Part shown: piece by piece, positions 1 through 10,733 of the stretch
How the letters are laid out: each line of letters opens with the position of its first letter
Position numbering within the stretch: the first letter of the stretch is position 1
Origin: an uncultured virus (IMG/VR IMGVR_UViG_3300020463_002162)
Taxonomy: Duplodnaviria > Heunggongvirae > Uroviricota > Caudoviricetes
IMG/VR virus record: IMGVR_UViG_3300020463_002162
Reading direction: 5' to 3' (one strand)
Length of the DNA stretch: 64,000 bases
The notes under the pieces: model-generated
The model's input: only the letters and a program-made list of their open reading frames with translations
The model's database searches: none
What the model was told of the DNA's origin: nothing
Position numbers and translations under genes: made by a program

Positions 1-1498
1 TACGGATGGTAATGATGGAACAAGTGGTTCTTCAGGTCTGTCTGGTGTAGATGGAGCCAAAGGTGCAAAAGGTGAAACAGGTGGTACTGGTCCAACTGGT
101 GCTAAAGGTGCAGAAGGTCCAGCAGGTCCAACAGGCGGTATAGGTAATACTGGTCCAGTAGGTCCAGCAGGTTCAAATGGTACAGATGGTAATGATGGAA
201 CTTCAGGTTCTTCTGGTCTATCTGGTGTTGACGGTATAACTGGTCCAGCAGGCCCAACAGGCCCAACAGGTGCTAAAGGTGCAACAGGTGCCCCTGGTGT
301 TGACGGTGGTACTGGTTCAGCCGGTGGTGCAGGTGCTAAAGGACAAAAAGGTGCTCCTGGTGTAAATGGTTCAAATGGTGGTGATGGTAATGATGGTAAT
401 GATGGAACTTCAGGTTCTTCAGGTCTATCTGGTATAGATGGAGCAAAGGGACAAAAAGGTGAGATTGGCCAAAAAGGTACAACCGGTACAGCAGGTACTC
501 CAGGTAGTAATGGTCTTCCAGGTAGTAATGGTACAAAAGGTGCTACAGGCTCTCCAGGTCCAACTGGTGCAAAAGGTAATACTGGCTCTCCAGGTGCTGA
601 CGGTTCTGACGGAACCCCTGGTTCAGCAGGTGGTAGTGGTCCAACTGGTGCAAAAGGTGCAACAGGTCCAACAGGTCCAACAGGTCCAGACGGTCCAGGC
701 GGTCCAGCGGGTGGAGATGGTGGAGATGGTGCTGATGGAACAAGTGGTTCCTCAGGTCTTTCTGGTATAGATGGAGCAAAAGGACAAAAAGGTGCAACTG
801 GTGCAGGTAATACAGGTCCAACTGGTCCGACAGGTGCAAAAGGTAATACTGGCTCTCCTGGTGCAAATGGTGCAAATGGTGCAAAAGGTAATACTGGTCC
901 AACTGGTCCAACTGGTGCAAAAGGTAATACTGGTCCTGCTGGTGCAACTGGTTCTGCCGGTGGTACAGGTCCAACTGGTGCAAAAGGTGCAACAGGTCCA
1001 GGTGGTGCAAAAGGTAATACTGGTCCAACAGGTCCAACTGGTCCAACAGGTCCAGACGGTCCAGGCGGTCCATCAGGTATAAAAGGTAATACTGGTCCAA
1101 CAGGTCCAACAGGTCCAACAGGTGCATCAGCATATCAATATGAACATATAGCTCTTAATCCAATAGGTAGACAAGAAGCGTTTGTTGCTTCAAATGTTGA
1201 TGAGTCATTTGCAGTAGTTCCTTCAAACTTTAGTGGAAGTACTATGAATAGAATTGAAACATCATTTGGTGCAGCTAATGCAACTGGAAGTACATCATTC
1301 AGATTGAGATCGATGGACTCAGGTGGTACTTTATACGACCATGGTTCATGGACACATACAGCAAATACTAAACAATATACAGTAACCTCAATCTCAACAG
1401 GAGATTTACACGGTAGAGCAGTTTATATAGAATGTGTAGATGGTGGATCAAACGCGAGTGGATATACAGCATCTTTAAGATGGCAATTGACTGCATAA
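1..1498 (+). CDS. Collagen-like fibre protein, 5'-truncated; Lys-rich Gly-X-Y with GTSGSSGLS interruptions and a C-terminal globular domain
   Basis: Frame starting at nt 2 reads [27 protein letters not shown]... and stays open to TAA 1498; the 1244..1498 ORF of the track is its tail. Confidence 0.9.
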   Translation, partial: TDGNDGTSGSSGLSGVDGAKGAKGETGGTGPTGAKGAEGPAGPTGGIGNTGPVGPAGSNGTDGNDGTSGSSGLSGVDGITGPAGPTGPTGAKGATGAPGVDGGTGSAGGAGAKGQKGAPGVNGSNGGDGNDGNDGTSGSSGLSGIDGAKGQKGEIGQKGTTGTAGTPGSNGLPGSNGTKGATGSPGPTGAKGNTGSPGADGSDGTPGSAGGSGPTGAKGATGPTGPTGPDGPGGPAGGDGGDGADGTSGSSGLSGIDGAKGQKGATGAGNTGPTGPTGAKGNTGSPGANGANGAKGNTGPTGPTGAKGNTGPAGATGSAGGTGPTGAKGATGPGGAKGNTGPTGPTGPTGPDGPGGPSGIKGNTGPTGPTGPTGASAYQYEHIALNPIGRQEAFVASNVDESFAVVPSNFSGSTMNRIETSFGAANATGSTSFRLRSMDSGGTLYDHGSWTHTANTKQYTVTSISTGDLHGRAVYIECVDGGSNASGYTASLRWQLTA

Positions 1499-1529
1499 GT
1501 CACTATAAATAAATTAACTGCTTAACTAA

Positions 1530-4500
1530 ATGGCATTATCAGTATATAGATTAAATACCCAAGTAGAATGCGAAGAGCCTGCAAATGAGATTCAGGTAAC
1601 ATATCATGCAACAGACGTAAATACGGTATGTTCAGGTGGTGGTACTTCTATGTCCATTTTCTCTGATTCAACAGGTACTTTAAATGGTATTACCTCCGGT
1701 GGTGGTTCAGGCTCTGGTTCAGGAGCAGGAACAGATATGACTGGTGGTGTTACTAATCCATGTAATCAAGGAATGGATGTGGTGTTTGTCCTAGATTATT
1801 CACATTCAGGACATTATGCTTACTGGCCTATTTTAAAGCAACAATATACTACATATATTGGTAATAAAATCAATACTTTATCTGGTGGTGACTATAGAGT
1901 AGGTATTGTTACTTATGAAGGTGATACTTTATTATCTTCTCCAGCATATTCAAGTGCTGGTTTTTATCAAAACTTACCAGCAGGTCAAAAAATAAGTGAA
2001 ACTGTTCCAGGTGGTACTCATTTTATCACTTGTTGGCAGAAAATGACACAAGCTAATAACACCACTGTTTCTGCTGTACTAAATGCTTTAGATAATAGTA
2101 ATAGTAATTCGACTGCTGTAGATGGTTCAGGTGATATGCAACCAGCAGGTAGAGCTCTGTTAGAAGTAGGTACTAATGAATTTGCAGGTCAGTGGAGAAA
2201 TGGTGTTGCTAAATTTATTATTGTATTAAGTTCGGATGATGCGGATGAGACTGTATCTTATATGCAGAATACAGTTTTACCAGGTGCTGAACAAAATCAA
2301 ATACAACATATTGCTTTACAGAAAAACAATACAGCTAGTTCTCCTAGTCTTGCTTATATATGTGGCGCAACAACTCCAGAAGGCTCATTTATAGGGAATT
2401 TAAACTTAGGTGGTAATAATTGGGCTCAAGTAGATTTACCTAATGAACTTACCAATGATTGTTCAGAAACAACAATTTATGACTGTTCTCCAATTGCAGC
2501 AGGATGGTATCAAGAGGTAGGTGACACTACAGCATACTATTATGATGGTACAAACTGGACTACTTCAAACGACTGTAATTATCAAGTAACTATTAATTTG
2601 GTAAATAGTGGTAGTAATGTTTCATTAGATAATATAGCAAGTGACCATACATATTATGGTGATGCAGATACTTATTTTATTGATATGCCTTATGGTACTC
2701 AGTTTACTTTAACTAATACAGTATCTGCTGATTCAGGTTATACATTTAGTGATATTGATGCTACGAGTGTAATTACAGTAGCTGGTAGTGGTGGTACTAT
2801 TTCAGTTGTTACTGACTCTACAGACAACTCTTTATTAGTTACTGCATATCAAATTTCAGGTACAGTTACTGCAGATATGACATTTAATGTTTTAATTACT
2901 GCATCAGCTAATCAGAACCCACAGACAGCTAGTATAGTTGTTGTAAGTGATGTAGCAGATCCATTTGATGCAAATGGACAAAACCAAACACCAAGTGGTG
3001 GAATAACAATAGTCAAACACACTCCATCTGTAAATTGGTCTGATGTTTCAGAGAGCTATGCAGGTAAATCATCATTATCACATACATTTAGTGAAACTCC
3101 AGGTACTACATGTTCATGGAGAGTAAATTTAAACCCTAATCCAAGTGATTATACATTAAATAATATATCATCAACAGCAAGTTATTCTTCCAATACTATT
3201 CAAACCGCAGTAAATGGTACAACTACAACCAACTCATATATTACTGGTAGTTTTACAATGCCTAGTACTTCTGGTCATCAAATTAGATACAATATAGGTG
3301 GTGGTTCAGACCAACCGGATTATACTTACAGTCTTACTGCTCAAATATCATCAGGTGGTGGTTCTATTTCAGGAGCTCCATATAGTCAAACATATACAGG
3401 ATATACTGGAGATCAGTTTAATTTTTCAATCAGCATAGTAGGTAGTACAGACGTACAAATTATGCAAATCTTAAGTGCAACAGAGAGTGATAGTAATATA
3501 TCTAATGTAACTATAAATAATGTTGATTTTACAATAACAGGTACGGTTACTATGCCATCAGGTGGTGGTAGCGGTGATGTAGATATTGTAACTAGAACAC
3601 AAGGAGTAAATCATACATTCTCTGTTATTATTCAAGATCCATTTACTGATAATGCTTCATATCCAGGCCATCAGTTCACAGGTCAAACAGGTAGCAGTCA
3701 TTCTCAAACTATTTCTCTACAAAATACAGATTCGAATACAACTTATACAGTAACAGGAGTATCTGATAATTCAATACCTCTTACATCTAGTAATAGTGGT
3801 ACAGATATAGTACTTAGTTTAGGTAGTATGCCATCAGGTGGTGGTAGTGCTACAGTTACAGTTACTGGTAGTAACGTAGCAAAACAATATAATTATATTG
3901 TTGAGTTTAAGAGAGGTTCTTTCACTGGATCTAATCCTTCATGGGCTAATACAGATGCTCAAAGTGTTTATGTCACTATTACTGGTACTGCAGGGTCAAC
4001 ACAACTAGCATCCTATGATTTAGTAGCTCCAATTAATGGGTTTTTTAATGCTGCAACTGTTAGTGAAAACGAATTGGCTCTTTCAAACGCTAGAAGAACT
4101 TACGATACATCTCTATCATATAATAACTCATCTCCTAATATAGCTAACATACAGGTTGAGGTGGCGATGCCGGCAGGTGGTGGTAGCGGTAGAGTAGATG
4201 TAACAGGTATTATTGAGGATGTAGCATACACTCATCAATGGAACATCTATACAAACTCATCATCAACAGTTGTAAATAATATAAGTACTTCATTGGTTAA
4301 TAGTAATAATGGTGTTGGTGTATGTGCTTATTCAATCGCTACTACTTCTACTAATGGTGGAGGTTACTCTATTACATTTACAGGTACTGCAAGTTCTTCC
4401 GCTGAAAACTTTCATGCAGCTGTACAATCAAGTAACACAACAGACTATGAAGCAGAAATTGGTACTTTCTCGAACACGTCTCCAAGTGGTACTGTATTGA

Positions 4501-5330
4501 TAACAGGTACACATGTTATTTATGTTGAGAATACCTATATGAAAGAAGGTATTGCTTTCAGTTTCTTTATGCCAGGTAAAGACCCTAGAAATACAACTCA
4601 ATATGCTGATATTACTAATTTAGAAATTACAACATCACTAATTGCACAAACCCTATCGTTTACACTTAACTATGCTTCTAATATGAGTGGTGTTACTCCA
4701 ATTAAAAGTTCAGATACATTTACAGGTAATGTAGGGACTGCACATAATTATTCTGTTCGTTATCAAGGTGATTCTTCAGTATCATCATTTAATGTAACAG
4801 GGGCAACATCTTCAGGGTCTGCTTCTATAACAAAATACATTTCATCTCCTGATGTATCTGGTTCAGTTATTATGCCTTCAGGTGGTGGCAGTTCAACTTT
4901 AACAGCTTCAGGTACTGTAGTAGAAAACTGTGGTTGTGATTTCATGTCGACTCCACCGTTAGTATCTTCATCTAACCCTACATTCTCCGGAGGTTCCAAT
5001 GGTCAACTATCATGGACACTAACTGATACGTGTGGAGGTGCAGTTACTTTAATTGAATATAAGATTAACAGTGGCAATTGGATAAATGCATCTGGTTGGT
5101 GGTCTTCAAGTAGTGTTGGTGCATATTCCAAAAATGGATTATCAGCAGCTACATACTCCTTTAGATTCTCATTCGGCTCTACTTCAGCTTGCCAATACCT
5201 AGGCGCAGTTACTCTAACTAATCCAAGTAGTGGTGGCAGTGGCAGTGGTTCTGGTTCTGGTTCAGGTGGAGGTAAAGAATTATCTCCTATAGGTGGTCCC
5301 GGTCCTGAAGGTGGCGAAGGAATAGAGTAA
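1530..5330 (+). CDS. Large Ser/Thr/Gly-rich virion protein with N-terminal vWA domain and tandem beta-rich repeats
   Basis: DVVFVLDYSHS (MIDAS DxSxS) and FIIVLSSD; repeated units ending (T/S)MPSGGG; TATAAATA at 1504. Confidence 0.75.
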   Translation: MALSVYRLNTQVECEEPANEIQVTYHATDVNTVCSGGGTSMSIFSDSTGTLNGITSGGGSGSGSGAGTDMTGGVTNPCNQGMDVVFVLDYSHSGHYAYWPILKQQYTTYIGNKINTLSGGDYRVGIVTYEGDTLLSSPAYSSAGFYQNLPAGQKISETVPGGTHFITCWQKMTQANNTTVSAVLNALDNSNSNSTAVDGSGDMQPAGRALLEVGTNEFAGQWRNGVAKFIIVLSSDDADETVSYMQNTVLPGAEQNQIQHIALQKNNTASSPSLAYICGATTPEGSFIGNLNLGGNNWAQVDLPNELTNDCSETTIYDCSPIAAGWYQEVGDTTAYYYDGTNWTTSNDCNYQVTINLVNSGSNVSLDNIASDHTYYGDADTYFIDMPYGTQFTLTNTVSADSGYTFSDIDATSVITVAGSGGTISVVTDSTDNSLLVTAYQISGTVTADMTFNVLITASANQNPQTASIVVVSDVADPFDANGQNQTPSGGITIVKHTPSVNWSDVSESYAGKSSLSHTFSETPGTTCSWRVNLNPNPSDYTLNNISSTASYSSNTIQTAVNGTTTTNSYITGSFTMPSTSGHQIRYNIGGGSDQPDYTYSLTAQISSGGGSISGAPYSQTYTGYTGDQFNFSISIVGSTDVQIMQILSATESDSNISNVTINNVDFTITGTVTMPSGGGSGDVDIVTRTQGVNHTFSVIIQDPFTDNASYPGHQFTGQTGSSHSQTISLQNTDSNTTYTVTGVSDNSIPLTSSNSGTDIVLSLGSMPSGGGSATVTVTGSNVAKQYNYIVEFKRGSFTGSNPSWANTDAQSVYVTITGTAGSTQLASYDLVAPINGFFNAATVSENELALSNARRTYDTSLSYNNSSPNIANIQVEVAMPAGGGSGRVDVTGIIEDVAYTHQWNIYTNSSSTVVNNISTSLVNSNNGVGVCAYSIATTSTNGGGYSITFTGTASSSAENFHAAVQSSNTTDYEAEIGTFSNTSPSGTVLITGTHVIYVENTYMKEGIAFSFFMPGKDPRNTTQYADITNLEITTSLIAQTLSFTLNYASNMSGVTPIKSSDTFTGNVGTAHNYSVRYQGDSSVSSFNVTGATSSGSASITKYISSPDVSGSVIMPSGGGSSTLTASGTVVENCGCDFMSTPPLVSSSNPTFSGGSNGQLSWTLTDTCGGAVTLIEYKINSGNWINASGWWSSSSVGAYSKNGLSAATYSFRFSFGSTSACQYLGAVTLTNPSSGGSGSGSGSGSGGGKELSPIGGPGPEGGEGIE

Positions 5331-5381
5331 ACAATTTCTAAGAAGGTTATATAATTAGTATCAAGTTAACTAATTAAATAT

Positions 5382-6038
5382 ATGGCCAAAGATAACATAC
5401 AAATTCCAAAGATTATACATCAAATCTGGGTAGGCGATCAGGAAATGCCTCAACATTGTAAAGATTTTGTCGATGAGATGAAAAGTTTACATCCGGATTG
5501 GGAACATTACTTATGGGGTAACGAGATTTTCACAGAAAAATACCCAGAAGACCCATTCTTACAAAACTACATCAAGGACCCAGACTTATACAAATGGGCA
5601 TTTATTTCAGATAGAATTAGAATGTTACTTTTAAGAGATATGGGAGGTATTTACTGTGATGTAGATGCTAGACCTGTTAAATCTTTTAACACAGTTAGAG
5701 ACCAATTAACTCCAGATCATACCTTTATGTCAGGCTTAAAGCCTTCACAGAACAATAATACACTGTTAGATTGTACAGTATATGGAGCAGCTCCGGGTGC
5801 TAGAATAATCGAAGAATGCCTGTCTTGTTATGATAGAATTACTTGGGCTCATGGCTGTAAAACCTTCTCCGACAAGATAATTCAGAAGATGGGACCCGAC
5901 GTTGCACTCTTCGGTTATCAGTATTTTTACAACTGGGAAGTCGACGAAAAGACAGTAGTTTTACATGACGTTCTTGAGTCCAGACTTTTCTCTTGGGTAG
6001 ATGAAGAAGATAAAGTAAAAGGTGCTTTAGAGTGGTAA
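5382..6038 (+). CDS. Glycosyltransferase family 32 (OCH1/Gly_transf_sug-like)
   Basis: IPKIIHQIW, SDRIR, GGIYCDVD (DxD). Confidence 0.85.
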   Translation: MAKDNIQIPKIIHQIWVGDQEMPQHCKDFVDEMKSLHPDWEHYLWGNEIFTEKYPEDPFLQNYIKDPDLYKWAFISDRIRMLLLRDMGGIYCDVDARPVKSFNTVRDQLTPDHTFMSGLKPSQNNNTLLDCTVYGAAPGARIIEECLSCYDRITWAHGCKTFSDKIIQKMGPDVALFGYQYFYNWEVDEKTVVLHDVLESRLFSWVDEEDKVKGALEW

Positions 6039-6142
6039 AACAGCTCTCTGGAGGCCCATACATGGCCACTGGACGCATAACCTGCTAGATTCATAGGTAT
6101 AATTAACTTACTAGTAGGCTAGCTTAAAAACAAGATTCCAAG

Positions 6143-7108
6143 ATGGACAAAATTTACTATATTTGCGCTCAACCTGCAGTTTTTTACTACGCTTGGCAGA
6201 TAGATGCTCTACTTCTTTCGTTCGAAAAAAACGGAAATGTAGACTTAAATTGCGTTCATATAGTAAGCTCGACTCCAAGAACGGGCGAGCCTCCTGAAGA
6301 TTATTTTGTAAAAGTTCAGAAAAAATGGGAGAAGAAAGGAGTCTTGTTCGAGTACTATAAAGATACTCGAGGTCATTGGGGTTACATTTCATCTATCAGA
6401 CCACATCTCTTAAAAAAGCATTGGCAGAAACACCCGTGGCTAGAAAAAGAGAACATTTTTTATCATGATTGTGACATAGCTTTGACAAAACCTATCGATT
6501 TTGAGTCATTTTTCGACAAAAACGCGCAAAAAGAGTGTTATTTGTCTGATACTCGGTCATATATTGGGCCAAAATACATTGAAAGCAAGGGTCATGGACT
6601 ACTAAAAGACATGTGCGGCGCGATAGACATTGATATTAATCTAGTAAAATCTAAAGAAGAAGAATCTGGAGGAGCTCAATACATCTTAAGACCAGGTATT
6701 GACTACAAATTCTGGGATAATGTCTATAAAGATTGCGAAAAACTGTATACAAATGTAAACATGAGGGTGATGGAAGTCAAAAGAGAGGCTCCGGATTGGC
6801 ATGAAATTCAAATTTGGTGTGCAGATATGTGGTCAGTACTTTGGAATTTATGGAAATTAGGTTATTCTACACCTATTAGAGAAGAATTAGACTTCACTTG
6901 GGCTAATCAAGCTAAACCTCAATGGGAAAAGAATGCAATCTATCATAATGCTGGTGTAACTGGACCCAATGAGCCATATTTCTTTAAATCAATGCACATT
7001 AATTCAAATAATCCACCTACAAATGCTAAAATTGTAGATCCGGGTTGGGCATCACACTACTATCAACAACTAATTAACGAAGCTTACCTAAATACAACTA
7101 AAAGCTAA
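6143..7108 (+). CDS. GT-A glycosyltransferase resembling plant HPAT/SERGT1 peptide O-glycosyltransferases
   Basis: YYAWQ..LLLSF, RPHLLKKHW, YHDCDI (DxD), WCADMW, IYHNAG in the order of the HPAT/SERGT1 motifs as recalled. Confidence 0.55.
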   Translation: MDKIYYICAQPAVFYYAWQIDALLLSFEKNGNVDLNCVHIVSSTPRTGEPPEDYFVKVQKKWEKKGVLFEYYKDTRGHWGYISSIRPHLLKKHWQKHPWLEKENIFYHDCDIALTKPIDFESFFDKNAQKECYLSDTRSYIGPKYIESKGHGLLKDMCGAIDIDINLVKSKEEESGGAQYILRPGIDYKFWDNVYKDCEKLYTNVNMRVMEVKREAPDWHEIQIWCADMWSVLWNLWKLGYSTPIREELDFTWANQAKPQWEKNAIYHNAGVTGPNEPYFFKSMHINSNNPPTNAKIVDPGWASHYYQQLINEAYLNTTKS

Positions 7109-7146
7109 GATAGATATAGTATAACAAAAAACTATGTCTAGCAAAT

Positions 7147-9030
7147 ATGGCTCAAATTAAGGTAAAACAGGTAATAGGCCTACAGAATACTATTAATTCT
7201 ATCACAGGAAGAGATAATGTAGTAGAAACTTTTACAACAAATCAAACAAATGGTGACACAGGTATAACTCTTACTAATGCTGCAAGAGAAACAGATGCCA
7301 TCATGGTATTCGTAAACGGTCACAAAACACAAGAAGGTTTTTCTTGGAAATATAATGGTAGTATAGTCAATACTGCTACATTAGAAGCAGGTTCAGAATT
7401 AGTATGGGACCAAACAACAGCAGGTTTCGCACTAGAAGCTGATGATGAGATACAAATTCAATATGAAACTCCAGCTGGAGGTGTATCGAACGCGGGCTCA
7501 CAACCAGGTTCAACCTATAATGATACAGCAGTCAACAATTCAATCGACTCATTAGAACTTGCATTAGCAGGCTCAAATACATTAAGTGCTTCAGTAGACT
7601 CATTAGAATCAGCAGTAGACCAAACAGATATTATAGCATCAATAGACTCACTAGAGTCAGGTGGTAGTATGGGAGGTACAATGACTTCACATATTATACC
7701 AGATACAAATGCAGCCTATGACTTAGGTAATGCAGAGAATAAAATCAGACACTTATTCCTGTCAGACAATTCATTATACTTCGGTAATCAAGTTATCTCT
7801 ATACAGAATAACAAATTACAATTGCCTTCACTAACACTTAATCCAGGTACAGACGAAGAGTTTGAAATCTCATCTAAATCACAGGTAGGTAAATTAGCTT
7901 TCGATGAGGAAGAGGCTAGAATGATTAAGAAGTATGATATTCTATTTAAGTATGCATGTTCATCAGTTTGGATTAAGAAAACTGCTTCTGCAGAAGAACA
8001 ATTCGTAGGTTCAGGCCAGTGGGTTAGTCTACAACAGAATGCTCAGGGTGTAGCAACTGATGGTGCAGAAGGCTGGTTCCTAACATGTGCTCACAATGTA
8101 TTTCAACTAGACGGTAGTGGTAATCACCAGATCTTCGATCAAGTTTGGATTAACTATCTAGACAACTGGTATAGAGTAGACCCTTCGTGGATATTCTACG
8201 ATGCGGTAGCAGATGTATGTCTGATTAAAACAGGTATTACCATTCAAGCCAATCACCTGCTGAAGATCTCTTCAGTAGAACCACTAACTGGCCAGACAGT
8301 CTGGCTGTGTGGTTTCCCAGGTGGATACGATACAGACTCAATGTCTAAGGGTATTATCAGAGACGCTCACTTTAATATCAACGACTCAGGTCAGGCAGTC
8401 GACTCTCTGTTCTTAAACTTACCGGCTATCGGTGGTAACTCGGGCTCAGCTATCCTAAATAACGAGGGAGATATAATAGGTATCTACACATTCGGTTATA
8501 CAGATAAAGAGACCTTCGGAGGAGGAGCAAACAGAAGTGTAGTCCACCACGTAACAGAGAAATTAAAAGTACAGACACAGCCTAATGCCAGATACGTAGA
8601 GAAGAACTATCTAGGTGTAGACTGGGCTAGAACCTCACCTATCGACTTAGACCAGTCCTACTATCCAGTAGTAGACGGTGTCGGAGGACCAGTCTTATAC
8701 TCTATTCCACAGGCGAAGGGTGTCAGGATCTCAGCCATGGCAGCTAACTCACCACTACAGACTATCGTCAATGTGGGTGACATTATTCTATCAGCTCAAG
8801 TAGGAGGTAATCAGTATGACTTCGGCTATGCAGACGGTCAGTATACTCTAGGTGTCCTCATCTATGAGACACTAGGTCAGCCGGTAGATATTACATTTAT
8901 CGACATGGCCAACAGAGCTAGGCTGACGAAACAGTTCACGCCAGTCACATACCAGACAGTGCCGGCATTGCACGACATGTATCTGATCGGCGGCACCAAC
9001 TTCAAGATTATAGAGGAACAAGCCGGCTAA
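7147..9030 (+). CDS. Virion-type protein with SIDSLE coiled-coil fused to a trypsin-like serine protease and a PDZ-like domain
   Basis: Triad motifs LTCAHNV, DVCLIK, GGNSGSA; YLGV...GDIILS PDZ-like tail; N-terminus shared with 30160 and 34668. Confidence 0.8.
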   Translation: MAQIKVKQVIGLQNTINSITGRDNVVETFTTNQTNGDTGITLTNAARETDAIMVFVNGHKTQEGFSWKYNGSIVNTATLEAGSELVWDQTTAGFALEADDEIQIQYETPAGGVSNAGSQPGSTYNDTAVNNSIDSLELALAGSNTLSASVDSLESAVDQTDIIASIDSLESGGSMGGTMTSHIIPDTNAAYDLGNAENKIRHLFLSDNSLYFGNQVISIQNNKLQLPSLTLNPGTDEEFEISSKSQVGKLAFDEEEARMIKKYDILFKYACSSVWIKKTASAEEQFVGSGQWVSLQQNAQGVATDGAEGWFLTCAHNVFQLDGSGNHQIFDQVWINYLDNWYRVDPSWIFYDAVADVCLIKTGITIQANHLLKISSVEPLTGQTVWLCGFPGGYDTDSMSKGIIRDAHFNINDSGQAVDSLFLNLPAIGGNSGSAILNNEGDIIGIYTFGYTDKETFGGGANRSVVHHVTEKLKVQTQPNARYVEKNYLGVDWARTSPIDLDQSYYPVVDGVGGPVLYSIPQAKGVRISAMAANSPLQTIVNVGDIILSAQVGGNQYDFGYADGQYTLGVLIYETLGQPVDITFIDMANRARLTKQFTPVTYQTVPALHDMYLIGGTNFKIIEEQAG

Positions 9031-9123
9031 AAACGCCGGCTCAAAGCGAAACAAAACTTCTACACAACATAATACATAGGGAAGTAAAACAAAGGGGACA
9101 CAACAACTACAGTATAGGCATAC

Positions 9124-9204
9124 ATGTTAATCTTAAAACTAATTGCAATCATGGTCATCTTCTGGTACATAATGAACAGATGGTTTACATGGTTAGACAA
9201 ATAA
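9124..9204 (+). CDS. 26-aa hydrophobic peptide
   Basis: MLILKLIAIMVIFWYIMNRWFTWLDK; below the ORF-track cutoff. Confidence 0.3.
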   Translation: MLILKLIAIMVIFWYIMNRWFTWLDK

Positions 9205-9245
9205 ACCTTTTCCACTACATACATATAAGTATACACCAATAAGAA

Positions 9246-9341
9246 ATGGAAGTATACGACTACATACCAGAGATAATGATTAGCCTATGTATAATAGGTA
9301 TAGTCTATTACTGTACAGAGGATAGAAGAAATCTAGAGTAA
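9246..9341 (+). CDS. 31-aa single-TM peptide
   Basis: MEVYDYIPEIMISLCIIGIVYYCTEDRRNLE, just downstream of AAAC-N17-TATAAG (9203-9229). Confidence 0.35.
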   Translation: MEVYDYIPEIMISLCIIGIVYYCTEDRRNLE

Positions 9342-9633
9342 CCCAGTAATATATAGTAAATCTAGCACAGTTTAGCCAGTCCAGTATTTAAGGCCACTCC
9401 CAGCAAAGCTAGATATATACCAACTTTTCATACTAAAAAGCCAGTATTTGCCAAGACAGGCCCACGTTCAGTCAACTTTCATGTTATGATGAGGCCAGTC
9501 AAACAAAAGCGCGCGAACACACACGCCTGGGAGGCCTTCTGGGCCCCCTTCGCGCCAGCAGCCATGTACTCTCACAGCGAGGGGCCCTCTGCTGCCACAG
9601 TGGCCCCTCTGTAATTAAAACGGAAATAGCTGA

Positions 9634-10716
9634 TTATGCCTCAGCCGGGGCAGTCTCTTCTGTTTCTTCAGTATGTACTTCTAGCTTACCGAACAGGGCG
9701 TCGAAAGCCCCATCTTCAGACTCCAACTTCTCACGTTCCTCAGCCAACATAGCGTCATTCAGTAGATCCCTAGAGTATCTAGCCTGATCGAAGGTTACGC
9801 CATTGTCGAAGTTAAAGTACATCTTCTGACCTACTGGGCCCAAACGGTTCTTACTGAACTCCATATACCTTTGGGTAGAATTCTCGCCACCTTTCCAGTT
9901 CAGCTCCATCATGGCCGTCGTCATGTGCTTCAGCTTATTGGAACCGACGAACGTACCACCCTTAGATAACTGTAGAATGGTGATGAAGGTAGTATAGACC
10001 TTACGCTTGTTCTTACCCTGGTTCTGGGCAATCATAAGATCCAAGAACCATTTCTCGGTCTTAGACCTCGTCAGATTACATTCCTCTTTAACAGTGTCAT
10101 TGACCTCAGTATAAGAGTCGGTAAGTACTATATCCCAACCCTGCTTCAGGGTAGACTCGATAATAGCCTGAGGGTTAGCGTCTGTATAGTCGGACAAGAA
10201 CAGGATAGGCAATTGGCCCCAGTGTGGGAACCTCTTCAGGTACCTAGCCATGTCTAGTTGGTTCATCTCGGCTGAGATAAACAAGACTTTCTTATTAGGG
10301 TTCTGCGCATGTACCTTGTGTAGTAGCTCAAGTAGTACAGTAGTCTTACCTACACCTGGTGCACCTGCCGCCATGATGTTGGAGCCGGGCATGAAACCAC
10401 CCTCATTAGAGAAGAACTTGTCAGCCACAGTACCGGTAGGCATAGGGATAAACAGATCTTCATTAAACTTAAGGTCGTCCAATTTAGTCAACTTAACCTT
10501 GGGCAACTTCTTAGTACCACTAGAGGCATACAGACCCTTATAGTCGGCCGATGAGGTCATCTTACCATTAGGATATACGTTGATAACCCTATTAGATTCT
10601 TGGCCCTCTAGCCATTTGAATTTCTTATGTTCTTTAGAGATGGTAATAGTTGAACCATCTTGAGCTTTAAGCTCGAAGCCAGTGGCAGTGGCTTTAAATG
10701 TGTGTTGTACTTTCAT
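9634..10716 (-). CDS. RadA/Sms-like RecA-superfamily ATPase lacking the Zn finger and Lon domain
   Basis: Walker A GAPGVGKTT, LFISAEM, VLTDS, GSNKLKHM, KNRLG. Confidence 0.8.
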   Translation of the reverse strand: MKVQHTFKATATGFELKAQDGSTITISKEHKKFKWLEGQESNRVINVYPNGKMTSSADYKGLYASSGTKKLPKVKLTKLDDLKFNEDLFIPMPTGTVADKFFSNEGGFMPGSNIMAAGAPGVGKTTVLLELLHKVHAQNPNKKVLFISAEMNQLDMARYLKRFPHWGQLPILFLSDYTDANPQAIIESTLKQGWDIVLTDSYTEVNDTVKEECNLTRSKTEKWFLDLMIAQNQGKNKRKVYTTFITILQLSKGGTFVGSNKLKHMTTAMMELNWKGGENSTQRYMEFSKNRLGPVGQKMYFNFDNGVTFDQARYSRDLLNDAMLAEEREKLESEDGAFDALFGKLEVHTEETEETAPAEA

Positions 10717-10733
10717 ATTTCCGTTTTTAATGA

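Noticed and set aside
336..1133. Val/Gln/Leu-rich and Leu/His/Asp-rich ORFs, also around 25.7-27.5, 34.7-37.6 and 40-45 kb
   Set aside because: Shadow frames of GGT-periodic collagen and GSS repeats, not genes
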